From contig CH464491.1 of the NCBI GenBank assembly GCA_000002445.1, positions 416,001 through 480,000 of the forward strand: 64,000 bases of DNA, read 5' to 3'. The stretch is from Trypanosoma brucei (lineage: Eukaryota). The position numbers were made by a program, and so were the translations under genes. The notes below the pieces were generated by a model that made no database searches, had not been told where the DNA came from, and worked only from the letters and a program-made list of their open reading frames with translations. Positions 53,809 to 64,000 of the stretch are shown here, in pieces; position 1 is the stretch's first letter, and each line of letters opens with the position of its first letter.

Positions 53809-55227
53809 TCAGGTCTTTCCGAAAGTGCGTTCATTCATCACTGCCATTATTTGATTCCTCAGACTTCTTCTTATGATGGGCTTGATGATGAAGAATATCA
53901 AGTTCGGAATGAAACCAGAGAAATCGGCACCGATGGAGCCGATCTTTAAGTTATCGCACCTGCGATATATGGTCACAAACCCACCACCTGCTAGTAAAAT
54001 AATGAGATCAACCTTCAGGGCACAATTCTCTACCTTTAGGTCAACAGTGCCGTGCGTGAAATCAGCCGACTTGTTCTTAGCATTGCGATACGAATACGAC
54101 AGCGTCTCCAAGACAATCCGGCGCAAATTTAAACATATTCTCAGGTATTTTCCCCCTTCCTCCAGTGAAGCATAATTGTGGCTCAACTCCACTGTTTTCA
54201 TCTTGATGGGTCCAAGTTTCACTTCGTATTCCCTGCGTAGGAAGCAACTGACAAAATGTGTGGGCTCAGCCACCAGCTCCCGGCCACACAGCTCCTGCTC
54301 CATCAAACTAAAACACGAGGTAATCAAATCAGGGAGAATGGGGGCCATGTTGTTGCACTTCAAAACAATCTCTCTAAGCACAAAGCATCCGGAGCTGCGG
54401 CTAAAGACATCCGCCCATTGTCGCATCATATTCTTTAGGTTCACACATTCACGTTCCTTTGCCACGGTAAACTCAAGGAGGTCCATGCAGCCCACGGAAC
54501 TACCGCTTATGTTGCAGCTTTCATGTCTCTCCTTACCATCAAACCTGAGGCCTTTGGTACCATCTTCCGAAGCGGTGGCGCAGTTTCGCTCAATACCCAC
54601 ACGATGCACACCAATTCTTGCGACACCAATTTTCGGCATTGCTTTCAGCCGTTGCGCATTCCCTGATGTGTTTGTTGTTTGTTGAGGCTTGGAGTCGATG
54701 GTACTCCCCTCTTCCTCGCGTTTTGCTTCACGTAAAGCAGTAATGTTAGCCCACGGGAGAGTTGGTGTCCGGGTGGGGCCGCCCCGCCGCAACATTTCAT
54801 CATCCTCCTCCGGTAACAACAGGGGCTGCGAGGCAGCGGGGTGTGGTGCAACAAATGGAGGGATGAATTTCACATCCCAAGAAGAAGTATCCACCGGGAA
54901 GGCAATGGCAACTTCGTTATACGCATCATGCTGCGAAACGTTGCTAAGTGGTTTACTCTTCATTTTTTCTATTTTGGCGGCAGCCTCCGCGGACAACGTT
55001 TCTTCTTGCTCATTACACCTCCTCACTGGTTGCGTGTCCTCTACGGATTGTATAAGGTACTTTCCGCAATGCGGCGCCAAGTCCACTTTGCTGTGCACGA
55101 ACCGCACAGCGTCCTCCACATCTTTGTTAAACTTGAGTGCGGCAGCAAAGTATTTTTTTCCAGCATATGGGAAGAGGGCCTGCAACAACAACATGTTGCC
55201 CTCCTCCATAGCACTTCCATTATTCAT
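53809..55227 (-). CDS. CUE-domain protein (N-terminal ubiquitin-binding CUE-like helix bundle); the remainder is uncharacterised
   Basis: The N-terminus EEGNMLLLQALFPYAGKKYFAAALKFNKDVEDAVRFV fits the CUE pattern (LxxMFP ... AL ... N.E.A...L). The rest has no motif I recognise. It starts at an ATG, and the antisense ORFs inside it are shadows. Confidence 0.45.
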   Translation of the reverse strand: MNNGSAMEEGNMLLLQALFPYAGKKYFAAALKFNKDVEDAVRFVHSKVDLAPHCGKYLIQSVEDTQPVRRCNEQEETLSAEAAAKIEKMKSKPLSNVSQHDAYNEVAIAFPVDTSSWDVKFIPPFVAPHPAASQPLLLPEEDDEMLRRGGPTRTPTLPWANITALREAKREEEGSTIDSKPQQTTNTSGNAQRLKAMPKIGVARIGVHRVGIERNCATASEDGTKGLRFDGKERHESCNISGSSVGCMDLLEFTVAKERECVNLKNMMRQWADVFSRSSGCFVLREIVLKCNNMAPILPDLITSCFSLMEQELCGRELVAEPTHFVSCFLRREYEVKLGPIKMKTVELSHNYASLEEGGKYLRICLNLRRIVLETLSYSYRNAKNKSADFTHGTVDLKVENCALKVDLIILLAGGGFVTIYRRCDNLKIGSIGADFSGFIPNLIFFIIKPIIRRSLRNQIMAVMNERTFGKT

Positions 55228-55852
55228 TTAAAAGCGACTACACACTTGTGATGATGAAGGGAAGAAGTCTGAGAAGGAAATGATAGACGCGCCTCCACAC
55301 ACAACCATAAGGCGGGTGTCACCGTTTGTTCAAAGCACCGCGCCAACTTAATGCGTTAACCAAGTGAACAAAAACAAAAACAAAAAGGAAAGTAACCCTA
55401 ACCACAAATAATCAAAAAATAGTAAACGTAAACATGAATCTAAGAAAAAGGTATAGGAAACGAAGGTATAGAAAGAAAGGTAATCTTTTACACAAAAAAG
55501 ACCCATTGTTCAACTATCACACTGTATGAGAAAATTACCCTCCTCCCACACACTTCAATAAAACCAAAAAGATAAAACAAAGTAATGCGTGAGGTCACGA
55601 GGATAGAGTGCACCCAATGACATTTAAAAGGTAAAAAAAAAATGAGTGCGCCTAAAACACACGGCATACACACTTCACAAAAAAAAAAGCAAAAAATAAG
55701 TAAATAAACAACAACCAAATACTCAGCTGAAGTACTAGCAATGTTATAAAAGAATAAGTCACCATCTATGGCATCTTTAAAAAAAAAAATGCACCACTAG
55801 CGCTTCCATTTGACAAATATATATATATATATATATATATGTATACGCCCTC

Positions 55853-58800
55853 TCAAGTAGACTTCAAACAGCGCCGAACACGGGCTGCAATACATGGAAA
55901 CGTGGGTTCCCACATCTTTAGGCACTCCGCCTCACGATGCAGCACTTCATCCAACACACATGTTATCCGCCTATCCGTATCAGACACGAGACCGGGGTTA
56001 CATAAGTTAAACCTGCGCTCCATTGCCTCACGGAGGTGCAACGCCACAAAAGTTTCCGGCGCTGGACGCTTGCGGCGCAATGGAGGGGTGTAATCTGACA
56101 CCATTAACACAATGCGGGATGCAACTGCCTCAGCTGCTGTAAGCCATTCCGCGCCCACGCCATCGCTTTCCCGCGGGATGCATCGGTAACGGATGAAACA
56201 GGTTAAAAGTAAGAGAGACCAAAGAAGAGTGTTGCGCGGGTGAGCGATAACCATGTCATCCTTCATACCGTTCAAACAGGGACGGGACACGGAATCGTTA
56301 TTTCCACACAAGTTACCGGTGGAAAAAACTTTACTGTGGCGGAATTCTTCAATCCAGCGACCGGTAGAACTGCACAGTGATGTAATGCATGTCAGAGAGT
56401 CCCAAACAACGTCATGCAACGCACAGAGGTTACGCCTGAATTCTTTGCACTGCCCAAACTCATCGAAAAACTGCGAGAGGAAAAATGTTATCTCCTTGTA
56501 CCCCACATTATGGGTAGTATGCGCATTACGGAAATCAGCATGCGTCATTTGTGCATAAGGCACCGTCTTCACGTCGTGAGTGACCTGCCCAATATCAGAG
56601 CCAACCATGGGGCGAATGGCAATGTTATGAAACAACTCCCCTATAAACAATGGAACAACGCGGAGAAACACACTATTGCGCATGAACGTCTGACGCTCCG
56701 CACAAGCAGCTTCTTTCATAGCGTCCATACTGTTTGGTTTTGTGTTGCTCCTTTCCAAAGCCTCACACTGCGCTTCCATGTAAAACCCCACAAGAACCGC
56801 CCGTCGTAGAGAAGCATTCAGTCGTGGGAGATCTTCCAGTAGACTTGAAACGATATTTAGAAGTTCAGCATGAGGCTGCCGGATCTCGTGCACGTCTGCC
56901 ACAACGCCTTCCACGCCGCCTTCGTTACGAAGGCGGGTTCTTTGGATCGCTGCGTACCGAAATGCACCCAACCAGACAAAAAAATCCAAAATATTGCAAC
57001 GCAGTGCACAATTCACACAAGTGTCATATTTCAGCTCTTGCTCTTTGCCACATTCACCACAGCACTCTTCTGACTTGTCATCACTGTCGGGAGCGGGCGT
57101 CATTGACGTCCGGCACAAGTCTGTGAAACGGCTTTGCAAGGCGCACCGCTCCGCCACACTTTTCGCTGGAAGAAAAAGAGCCGAGTAAAAGTTGTCAGAA
57201 CCGCTGCTTCTCACCCCCGCACGGTTCAAAATTACCCCCGTGGCGAGGCTTCTACAGTTATGGAACAGCCTCTTTACAATGCACAGCACTCTGCACGAAC
57301 GTGGAATGCACACAGCAAAAATATCGACCCCTTCACCTCCGCGAGCACTCCTCCGCTCAATGGGACAGATCACCGTCAACAGAGAAAACATAGTGATAAA
57401 GTAAGCAGAAGAACCAGCAGTGTTTTTCACGGCTGCCATTGCTACGCATAACCACGAGGCTGCTGTGGAAAGCCTCTCTGATTCCACAATAGATTCATAC
57501 CACTTCCTGCTACACCTGTTCTTTGTATCGGACAGAAGCATGCGAAGTACATGCACTAAAGGCTCAATGCTATCGCTTGACAAACTTCTTCGCCGGCAAA
57601 TGTTGGGAAGAACGACGTCGATTACGGATAGGCAAGTCCCCCTTTGAAGAGACGAATCCTGTAGCATAGTGCACAAGCATATAAGATCCGCATCGTGAGA
57701 ATAGCCCTGTATGCCAAAAAAATTTATGGCACGGATCTCATACCGCTCAAGTGCTTCCAAAAGCATAAACGCACACCCCTTTCTAGAAGAATTTGTTGAT
57801 GTCCCCACCCGCACTGCAAGCAACTCCTTGAGCGGCCCGATAACCTTGTGAAGTTGCCGCACGGAAGATATGTGAGGAACCCCATCGCCAATGTACAACT
57901 CCCCCAATATCTTGCACGTAAGATTGCAAAGGCCTTCGAACGACGGCGTGTAAGGCTCACCCGTGTCGTTACTTCGCCCTTCAATGGACATAAACCCGTA
58001 GTGACACAGGGAAATGAGCGATCCCGCCTTCTGCCAATTGGTATTCATCGCCTCAACACTGCGCATACTCTTTCCTCCACGCCCCTCTTCACTCTTTTGC
58101 AACATGTGAAATACGGCAACTAGGGAAATCTTAGTTCGTATTGCTGTCGCGTGTATTTTAGTAAATGAATCCCCCTCAGCCATGTCACCCCACAACATCA
58201 ACCCACCCTCAGCGACAGTCCTGATTTGGTTTAAAGACAAGGACGCCCCTTCCAAATGAGTCCTCAATCGGTTCATAGCATACAAAAGTTCTCCTTCAGC
58301 TCCCTGCTTGCCCGTGTGATCCCCGCGAAGATGATGCGCATACCGCAGTAGTGTGATGATTTGGTCAATACTCAACTTCACAAAGGGAGTACTGCACGAG
58401 CGAAAGCATTGCACTAAACGATATATAAGGCGCCTCTGGCACCTGCTCATTACCGTGCCGTGCTGCAGAGATTCCCAACGCGACGGCTGCTGATTCAGGG
58501 AAATTAGCAAACTCACAGCAAGGTGGTGATGCAGCCGATCCACAAGCGGCTCAAGGTATGCATCCACACGTTCTAAATGGACTGCTCCACCAAGTGCAGG
58601 ACAGAAGAACTTTAAAAAAAGTAGCAGAACGAAAAAAACGGGATCTCCTCCACCTTCCATGCACCCAAACCTATCCACAACCAGTCCGTCAGCGTTAGCG
58701 CCGCTTCCGGAATTAAAGCAACTGTTGTCTTGACGATATGTGCCTCTAATGCCGCAAGGAGGGGACAGGTCGCAACCCTCTTGCAGAAATTTCTCGATGG

Positions 58801-59266
58801 ACAAAAATAATCCTCGTATAAGCTGCACTGAGTACCCATACATATACAATGTCTGTAGAATAGACACAAAGGAGGCGAAGAATGAGTCCCTGTGGTCCGA
58901 CGGGAGACAAATAACTTGGGCCTCACCTTCAACAATCTCCTTCCCTCGCCCACGGACTGCACCACCGCGGTAACAGCGGAGAAAGATTTTCAGAAGATGT
59001 GCAGTTAGAACGGGGTGACGCACATTTAACCCTGATAGTCCCTTAAGAAGGTGGGCAACATGTTTCCCCCGATGAAAGTTCGGGAGCGCTGTTAGAAATG
59101 ATAACACAAATGCATGGACGTCGCGTGGAGGTATGCGCAACTCTCCAAGGGAAAGTACGGTGGTGCTTATCGTGTCCGCATCGTAGAAATGGAGGGAGCG
59201 GTATGCCTGCCGGGCCAATGCTGCCAAAACAGGGACACACTTAGAGAGTGAAGAAAAAGCTGGCAT
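55853..59266 (-). CDS. large hypothetical protein (1137 aa), predominantly alpha-helical and Leu/Arg/Cys-rich, no recognised catalytic motif
   Basis: A long uninterrupted ORF with an ATG start, in the same orientation as its neighbours in the minus-strand unit. Purine-rich (polyY on the coding strand) tracts and an (AT)12 microsatellite flank it. Its compositional character resembles trypanosome helical-repeat RNA-binding proteins, but I cannot assign a family. Confidence 0.55.
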   Translation of the reverse strand: MPAFSSLSKCVPVLAALARQAYRSLHFYDADTISTTVLSLGELRIPPRDVHAFVLSFLTALPNFHRGKHVAHLLKGLSGLNVRHPVLTAHLLKIFLRCYRGGAVRGRGKEIVEGEAQVICLPSDHRDSFFASFVSILQTLYMYGYSVQLIRGLFLSIEKFLQEGCDLSPPCGIRGTYRQDNSCFNSGSGANADGLVVDRFGCMEGGGDPVFFVLLLFLKFFCPALGGAVHLERVDAYLEPLVDRLHHHLAVSLLISLNQQPSRWESLQHGTVMSRCQRRLIYRLVQCFRSCSTPFVKLSIDQIITLLRYAHHLRGDHTGKQGAEGELLYAMNRLRTHLEGASLSLNQIRTVAEGGLMLWGDMAEGDSFTKIHATAIRTKISLVAVFHMLQKSEEGRGGKSMRSVEAMNTNWQKAGSLISLCHYGFMSIEGRSNDTGEPYTPSFEGLCNLTCKILGELYIGDGVPHISSVRQLHKVIGPLKELLAVRVGTSTNSSRKGCAFMLLEALERYEIRAINFFGIQGYSHDADLICLCTMLQDSSLQRGTCLSVIDVVLPNICRRRSLSSDSIEPLVHVLRMLLSDTKNRCSRKWYESIVESERLSTAASWLCVAMAAVKNTAGSSAYFITMFSLLTVICPIERRSARGGEGVDIFAVCIPRSCRVLCIVKRLFHNCRSLATGVILNRAGVRSSGSDNFYSALFLPAKSVAERCALQSRFTDLCRTSMTPAPDSDDKSEECCGECGKEQELKYDTCVNCALRCNILDFFVWLGAFRYAAIQRTRLRNEGGVEGVVADVHEIRQPHAELLNIVSSLLEDLPRLNASLRRAVLVGFYMEAQCEALERSNTKPNSMDAMKEAACAERQTFMRNSVFLRVVPLFIGELFHNIAIRPMVGSDIGQVTHDVKTVPYAQMTHADFRNAHTTHNVGYKEITFFLSQFFDEFGQCKEFRRNLCALHDVVWDSLTCITSLCSSTGRWIEEFRHSKVFSTGNLCGNNDSVSRPCLNGMKDDMVIAHPRNTLLWSLLLLTCFIRYRCIPRESDGVGAEWLTAAEAVASRIVLMVSDYTPPLRRKRPAPETFVALHLREAMERRFNLCNPGLVSDTDRRITCVLDEVLHREAECLKMWEPTFPCIAARVRRCLKST

Positions 59267-59827
59267 GAATAGAATGTCTCCTCTTTTTTAATATATATAT
59301 ATATATATATATAAGCAACAATTAGAGCTGAAAAAGAAAAAAAAAGTCGCAATTGATTTTTTTTTAAAAAAGAAAGTTCAAAAGGTTGAGTGCACATATT
59401 CACAACCCTGCGGATTCGTATCATTAGCTCATCATGTATTGTAAACACCACTCAGGCTGAAGAGTCGGAACCAATGACATGTCCCTTGGATAGTCCCACG
59501 TACCACATGAAAAGGCACAGAAAAACATTTAAAGAAACAATGAGTCGCCGCCGCCGTGCTTGTCTTGGGATAATAAAAAGGCAACCAAACAAACACCCAA
59601 CCAATGCCACGCGCTCACACAAAGATGCGCAACGGATCAAAAGGAGATTGCCAGAGCGTCTTCTCGCAGATGTCACAAACAAGAGCAGGCACATAAGAGT
59701 CATAACTTATAATAACAAAAAAAAAAAGCAAAGGCATGTCCAGCAGTAAAACGGACAAAAGCCCTAGTCGATGTCCATACCGGCTTGGTTTGCGCACTCA
59801 GTTTCTAATATTACAGAACATCTTGCG

Positions 59828-60529
59828 CTACTTTACTCGCGCCAACACCAGCGTCCCGCAGGGCACGTCTATTCTGTTGTAAAACCACAGCGCATTCTGT
59901 GCCCTCCGTTGGCCGCGTGCATCATCTGCCGTGACTCCCACGGATGAGTGCTTCAGCAAACTCGCCACCCCGCTACCACTCAATGAATTTGAACCACTCC
60001 CGCTAAGTAAAGGCGACTTGTTAGAACGATTGATACCAACATTGTCACCACTAACCGCTTTGTCAACCTCACCGGATGACTGTTCGTCACTCCTCTCGCA
60101 GAGATGTACCACAACGCGGTTACTCATCGACTCCCTGCCGCCATTTATTTCGGATACTTGACACCACGTGCCTTCAAACACCAACTCGCCAAATTCACGA
60201 GTCCGCAACCGCACTATTGGATGCGGAGTCTCCAGCGTGTCTGCATCAAACCTAAGCGCCTCAGGGGCAAATTTGGTTTCCATCCCCGAGGTCCCACCCT
60301 TAGATGCGTCTTGAGCTGAGTTACATAATGTTTCACATATATGCGCATTGCGGAAGAAATCGAGGCAGGGAAAACGGAGGAGAATTGTTCGTTTTTCCTC
60401 CACTGTTAGAATCTCCTCCACGAAAGATTCCTCAGTGTCTTTGCGTTCGGAGTCATCTTCTAACTTAAAATCCTTCTTATCCTCGTTGTGCCTCAGGGAC
60501 CTCGAGGTGGCCGACCGCCCGCGCTTCAT
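59828..60529 (-). CDS. hypothetical protein (~233 aa), Ser/Glu-rich, no recognised domain
   Basis: The ORF lies in the minus-strand unit. The track start (60571) is a TTG, and the first ATG near 60529 gives MKRGRSATSRSLRHNEDKK.... The protein has low-complexity SGSGSNSLSGSG and acidic stretches. Confidence 0.35.
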   Translation of the reverse strand: MKRGRSATSRSLRHNEDKKDFKLEDDSERKDTEESFVEEILTVEEKRTILLRFPCLDFFRNAHICETLCNSAQDASKGGTSGMETKFAPEALRFDADTLETPHPIVRLRTREFGELVFEGTWCQVSEINGGRESMSNRVVVHLCERSDEQSSGEVDKAVSGDNVGINRSNKSPLLSGSGSNSLSGSGVASLLKHSSVGVTADDARGQRRAQNALWFYNRIDVPCGTLVLARVK

Positions 60530-60875
60530 CAAGTAGAGGGTTGAAGAAAGAGGTACAGCGGTTCCTTTCAATTATCACAATTGCTCTTCCCTTTCTTTAT
60601 TCACTTTCCCCCGTTCCCTCCCCCTCCTTCTTTATTAATCTTACTGATGTTGCACCGTAAATATATGGTGAAAGAGAAACCGACAAATAAGATTAAGTCA
60701 GAGCGCTAGCGCTTCTTGTGAAACGGGAATGCACGTAACGGTGAATGAAGTAAGTAAGCCCATTACACGGTTCTTTAGAGTTGACATGAACAAAGAAGTA
60801 TAAGAGGGAATAAGTTGGTTGTTAAACTGGGGAAAAGAAAAACACCACAGGTCGCGGCAACCAATATGCCTAAAC

Positions 60876-61940
60876 TCAGATGTGAAACACCTCAACACAT
60901 GTTTGGTAGAACTGTTCTTGGGCTTCCTCCTCTGTAATATTTGCAAGAAAGGCATCCCCCCTCTCTTCCCCCATTGTTCTCACCGTACCAACGTAAGCTT
61001 CGAGTACCTGCCGCAAGTGGCAAGGCTCGGTGCGGCGCTCACTGCAGAGCGTCGGATCAAACGGCTTTCCCCTCCGATTGGTGGGAAACTGAGTTCGAAG
61101 GAAGCGGGCACCATAGTGCTGTTGCCTAATGTCGCACCATGGTGCATCGGTTTCCAGCATCAGCCGATCGCGCGGAATGCTACAAACCTGCTCAGAACGT
61201 TCCTTTTCCCTAAACGCACTGCCGTTTATGCTGAAATAAACACCTGGAATGGCGAGAAGCCGCTCCTGCTCCTCAGGACTCCCATTGTAGCTATGCACAA
61301 CACCTACGAATGGGGTTTCAGATGTCCACGAACGCACCTCCTCTTCAATTAGTTCAACGAAATCCATACCACAATCACGCGAGTGAAGTATGAATGGGAG
61401 ACCCAAAGTCCTGAGAACCCGAAACTGTTGAATAAAGTATTCCCTCTGTACCTCCTTTGGGCAGTAGGAAAGCTCTGCGTAATCCAAACCAATCTCCCCT
61501 ACAGCAACCACAACATCACGATTCTCATTCACCAATTCCACAAGTTTCTCCATACGCTCGTCAGAATGGTGTAGTGAGTCATCGGAATGTTCCCCTGCAG
61601 AGTAATAAGGTACTTGGATCGAAACATCATCTTCTGCTGCAGCTTCAATAGCCTTCCAATCCATCGGCCGTGTCATCTCCGCGCAATGCGCAGGGTGCAC
61701 CCCAACCGTGCAACGAAGGACAGATGGATAGCGACGGCAGAGACGTATCGCCTTTACACACTGCGGAAGGCTCGTACCAGTGATGATGATCTTCCCTACG
61801 TTGTGTTCCACTGCGCGACGCATCACCTCGTCAAAGTTATCATCATGAACACGTCGACCCTTCCAATCAACGCCACGGAAGACGCAATCGGTGAGGTTTA
61901 CCGCAATGTCGACTAAACAAGGAACGGAAGATCCCCTCAT
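60876..61940 (-). CDS. TatD-family metal-dependent deoxyribonuclease
   Basis: The TatD signature blocks are present: VDIAVNLTD (start), GVHPAH, VVAVGEIGLDY, LPFILHSRD, VVHSYNGS and LMLETDAPW. The track start (62102) is a GTG. In-frame ATGs occur at ~62030 (MSLDVG) and ~61940 (MRGSSVPCLVDIAVNLTD). I chose the latter by analogy with other TatD N-termini, and the longer form remains possible. Confidence 0.8.
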   Translation of the reverse strand: MRGSSVPCLVDIAVNLTDCVFRGVDWKGRRVHDDNFDEVMRRAVEHNVGKIIITGTSLPQCVKAIRLCRRYPSVLRCTVGVHPAHCAEMTRPMDWKAIEAAAEDDVSIQVPYYSAGEHSDDSLHHSDERMEKLVELVNENRDVVVAVGEIGLDYAELSYCPKEVQREYFIQQFRVLRTLGLPFILHSRDCGMDFVELIEEEVRSWTSETPFVGVVHSYNGSPEEQERLLAIPGVYFSINGSAFREKERSEQVCSIPRDRLMLETDAPWCDIRQQHYGARFLRTQFPTNRRGKPFDPTLCSERRTEPCHLRQVLEAYVGTVRTMGEERGDAFLANITEEEAQEQFYQTCVEVFHI

Positions 61941-62511
61941 GTCGTCTCTAAACGTTGGGTTTATCGTATAATTAGGGGAAAAAATAAGGGAAGGGTCAGA
62001 AGGTGTACAACTACCTACGTCTAAAGACATACGAGAGCTTCCGAATAGACTCAAACTCCCACCGCGGATGAAGTCACGTTTGCACGTAACGTTGTGGTGC
62101 ACTCAAATACACTCAAATATAATATGCCGATGCAGCCTGTGAGCAAATGTGTGATGTCGCTCATGTTAATAAGCAAAGTCCAAGAAAATAGAAAAAACGG
62201 AGACGCACAAAATAGCTGGCACACAACCGAAACAAGTGTGCCTTCACTTCGCACCAACCATAAAACATAACTCATGCAAAAGGTGAGGAAACCCTCATCG
62301 AAGCATACAGAGTTGCAAAGAAAAAAAAAAGGAAGCAAAAGATTAACACTTGCCTGATGGCACGAAAAAAAAAAAGACAGAGAAAACGAAAGCGCTGTGA
62401 AAGAAACCAAGTACACGAAAGGTAAGAGCGCACGTAGAGCGTTTATGTAACTTCCTATGGCGTCCACCATTCCCCTCCTTTTTCCATTATACACATCCTT
62501 CACAGCTGCGC

Positions 62512-63987
62512 TTACGTGTCTAAAACGCTGGCGAGGGTAACAACTTCAACAGAATCCCTCCTAGGAACCAATGGGGCAGGTGGGGACTTTGACTTCACAG
62601 CTGTCGCAGCGTCCGCTAGCCGCTTTTCTTGCTCAGCCTTTCGTTTCTCTTTCTCCATCTTTTGTCGTTTCTGTTCAGCCTTCTTGCGCTTTTTCGTGGG
62701 ACTCGAGCTGAATAACCCTCCTTTCTTACCAATGTCAGCTAAGGAACGGTCGAGCATACCAAAGAAGGAAGGCATTTGCTTCCAACCCGTTGTTGGTTTG
62801 TCGTCAGCGTCGCGTCTCTGGTGAGCAATGCGTTCATCCCACAAAGCTAACATGGAATTGCATGTATCCTCACCAATCTCTTTCTTGCGCGATAGTAACA
62901 AGAAACGCACAACAAATGTTGGGCAATCACCAAAGTCGTCAAGAAGGTCCTTCTGCACGATAAAATCAAAATCTACCGGTTTTCTCACGGCAAGAAGGTT
63001 CTTGACTAGTTCAAGCGCCTTATTCACCTTACTGATAAGCTTACCACGACTATCCGAAATGCGTGCCTTCCACATATCAATTGTTATGACAATGTCACGT
63101 ACAAAACAGTTCACAAACTCATTCCAGTCCTTTGCGGCTTTACTAGACGGATGCCGAACGGCATCTCCGAGAAACTCCATAAGCTCGGTCAAGAATTTCT
63201 GAATGTACCTTTGCATCATGCGATGCGTTACCGTGTGTAGCTGTGAAGCCTCGAAGGAACAGCTGAACTCCTCGTCGATAAAGTCCGCCATAGTGTCGAG
63301 GATTATTCGCGTTGGACTATCCTCTCCCTCATACCAACCTTTTGAGCGGAATACGTCCGGCCACTGCCCCTCGACCATTCGCTCCACATGCAATATAACC
63401 TCATCAATGTAGTGGGAAGCATGATCTACCAGAACATCCTGAGTCTGAATAAACGGTGAGTTGTCTTCAAGGCCCTCTTCCTCGTTCCAATAAGACACAA
63501 ACACGAGCTCAACCGTGTCCATGTTGCGCTCAATCACTGAACAGTCATTGCAAAAGGCATACAAAAACGCAAGTCGTCGCATCTTCCACTCCTCATTGCC
63601 GCTATTTCCACCAGATTTTTGCCTTTGCTCCATCTCCTCCCAACGGTCGTAATCAATTAACAACTTACATTCCGAAAAGTAGCTCTCAATTGCAGCTGCA
63701 CAGGCCCTGCCTATCTGTCGCATGACGTCGACTTCGATCGCCGTTGAGAGACCGGCAAGAGTTTGCTGCAGTACGGCAAACATGTCTTTTGGCCCGGTTG
63801 TAACAGGCAGACCACTAGAGCTCCGAAACGGTTTATTTCCATCCTCCAGGACAGTTCTAGCACATACCTTACATAGTTGCACAAGATGCATCATGAGCCC
63901 GTCCACAGCACCCGCCGTCATGCAGGCCGACAGTTTGTCCAGTGCAGCGATATCAACATGAGATGAGTAGTTTCCATCCTTCAACAT
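62512..63987 (-). CDS. hypothetical helical protein with a Lys/Glu-rich C-terminal tail; possibly 5'-truncated by the window edge
   Basis: A 491 aa ORF starting at an ATG at 63987. The same frame stays open to nt 64000, so the true start may lie outside the window. The C-terminus KKRKKAEQKRQKMEKEKRKAEQEKRL is highly charged. The body is helical, with a faint resemblance to vesicle-tethering (Sec6-like) proteins that I cannot substantiate. Confidence 0.45.
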   Translation of the reverse strand: MLKDGNYSSHVDIAALDKLSACMTAGAVDGLMMHLVQLCKVCARTVLEDGNKPFRSSSGLPVTTGPKDMFAVLQQTLAGLSTAIEVDVMRQIGRACAAAIESYFSECKLLIDYDRWEEMEQRQKSGGNSGNEEWKMRRLAFLYAFCNDCSVIERNMDTVELVFVSYWNEEEGLEDNSPFIQTQDVLVDHASHYIDEVILHVERMVEGQWPDVFRSKGWYEGEDSPTRIILDTMADFIDEEFSCSFEASQLHTVTHRMMQRYIQKFLTELMEFLGDAVRHPSSKAAKDWNEFVNCFVRDIVITIDMWKARISDSRGKLISKVNKALELVKNLLAVRKPVDFDFIVQKDLLDDFGDCPTFVVRFLLLSRKKEIGEDTCNSMLALWDERIAHQRRDADDKPTTGWKQMPSFFGMLDRSLADIGKKGGLFSSSPTKKRKKAEQKRQKMEKEKRKAEQEKRLADAATAVKSKSPPAPLVPRRDSVEVVTLASVLDT

Positions 63988-64000
63988 CTCCTTGTACCAT

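Noticed and set aside
1-64000. Prokaryotic-style systems (CRISPR arrays, operons, defence islands, integrons)
   Set aside because: The sequence is clearly eukaryotic and kinetoplastid: very long intron-less ORFs, polypyrimidine tracts before genes, and trypanosome-specific families (GRESAG4, ESAG8-like LRR). No short direct repeats with spacers are present. The only tandem array has a ~989 bp period.

Overview
This 64 kb window is eukaryotic, not prokaryotic. It reads as a nuclear chromosome segment of a kinetoplastid, most likely an African trypanosome of the Trypanosoma brucei group. The reasons are intron-less ORFs of 1000 to 1450 aa, long same-strand gene runs separated by polypyrimidine tracts, a receptor-type adenylate cyclase of the GRESAG4 family and an ESAG8-like leucine-rich-repeat protein.

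Gene layout: a plus-strand polycistronic unit runs from position 1 to about 31.7 kb. It holds a Rib72/EFHC-like DM10 protein (partial), a Sep15-like protein, 2-oxoglutarate dehydrogenase E1, a Fab1/PIKfyve PI3P 5-kinase, a type I membrane protein, the GRESAG4 adenylate cyclase and the 1399-aa LRR protein. A minus-strand unit runs from about 37.8 kb to the window end. It holds two tandem glycosyltransferase-like paralogs, isovaleryl-CoA dehydrogenase, a short XRN-family exoribonuclease, an acireductone dioxygenase fused to a TRP14-type thioredoxin domain, a CUE-domain protein, two hypothetical proteins, a TatD nuclease and a partial hypothetical protein. The two units converge on a 6.1 kb strand-switch region (31.7 to 37.8 kb) in which I found no tRNA genes.

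Features not explained by genes:
- A roughly 5.2 kb head-to-tail array of six copies (five full, one partial) of a 984-991 bp unit lies at 40.43-45.60 kb inside the minus-strand unit. The copies are more than 99% identical, and a snoRNA cluster is my leading hypothesis.
- A perfect 27 bp inverted repeat sits at the end of the minus-strand unit in the convergent region.
- An unusually long (7.4 kb) AT-rich, ORF-poor gap separates GRESAG4 from the LRR gene.
- The two glycosyltransferase-like paralogs show patches of near-identical nucleotide sequence, which suggests gene conversion.

The supplied ORF track uses non-ATG starts (TTG/GTG) translated as M. Where that occurs I give the first in-frame ATG instead. 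Coordinates read by eye from the sequence may be off by 1-2 nt. No CRISPR arrays, rRNA, tRNA or recognisable mobile elements were found.
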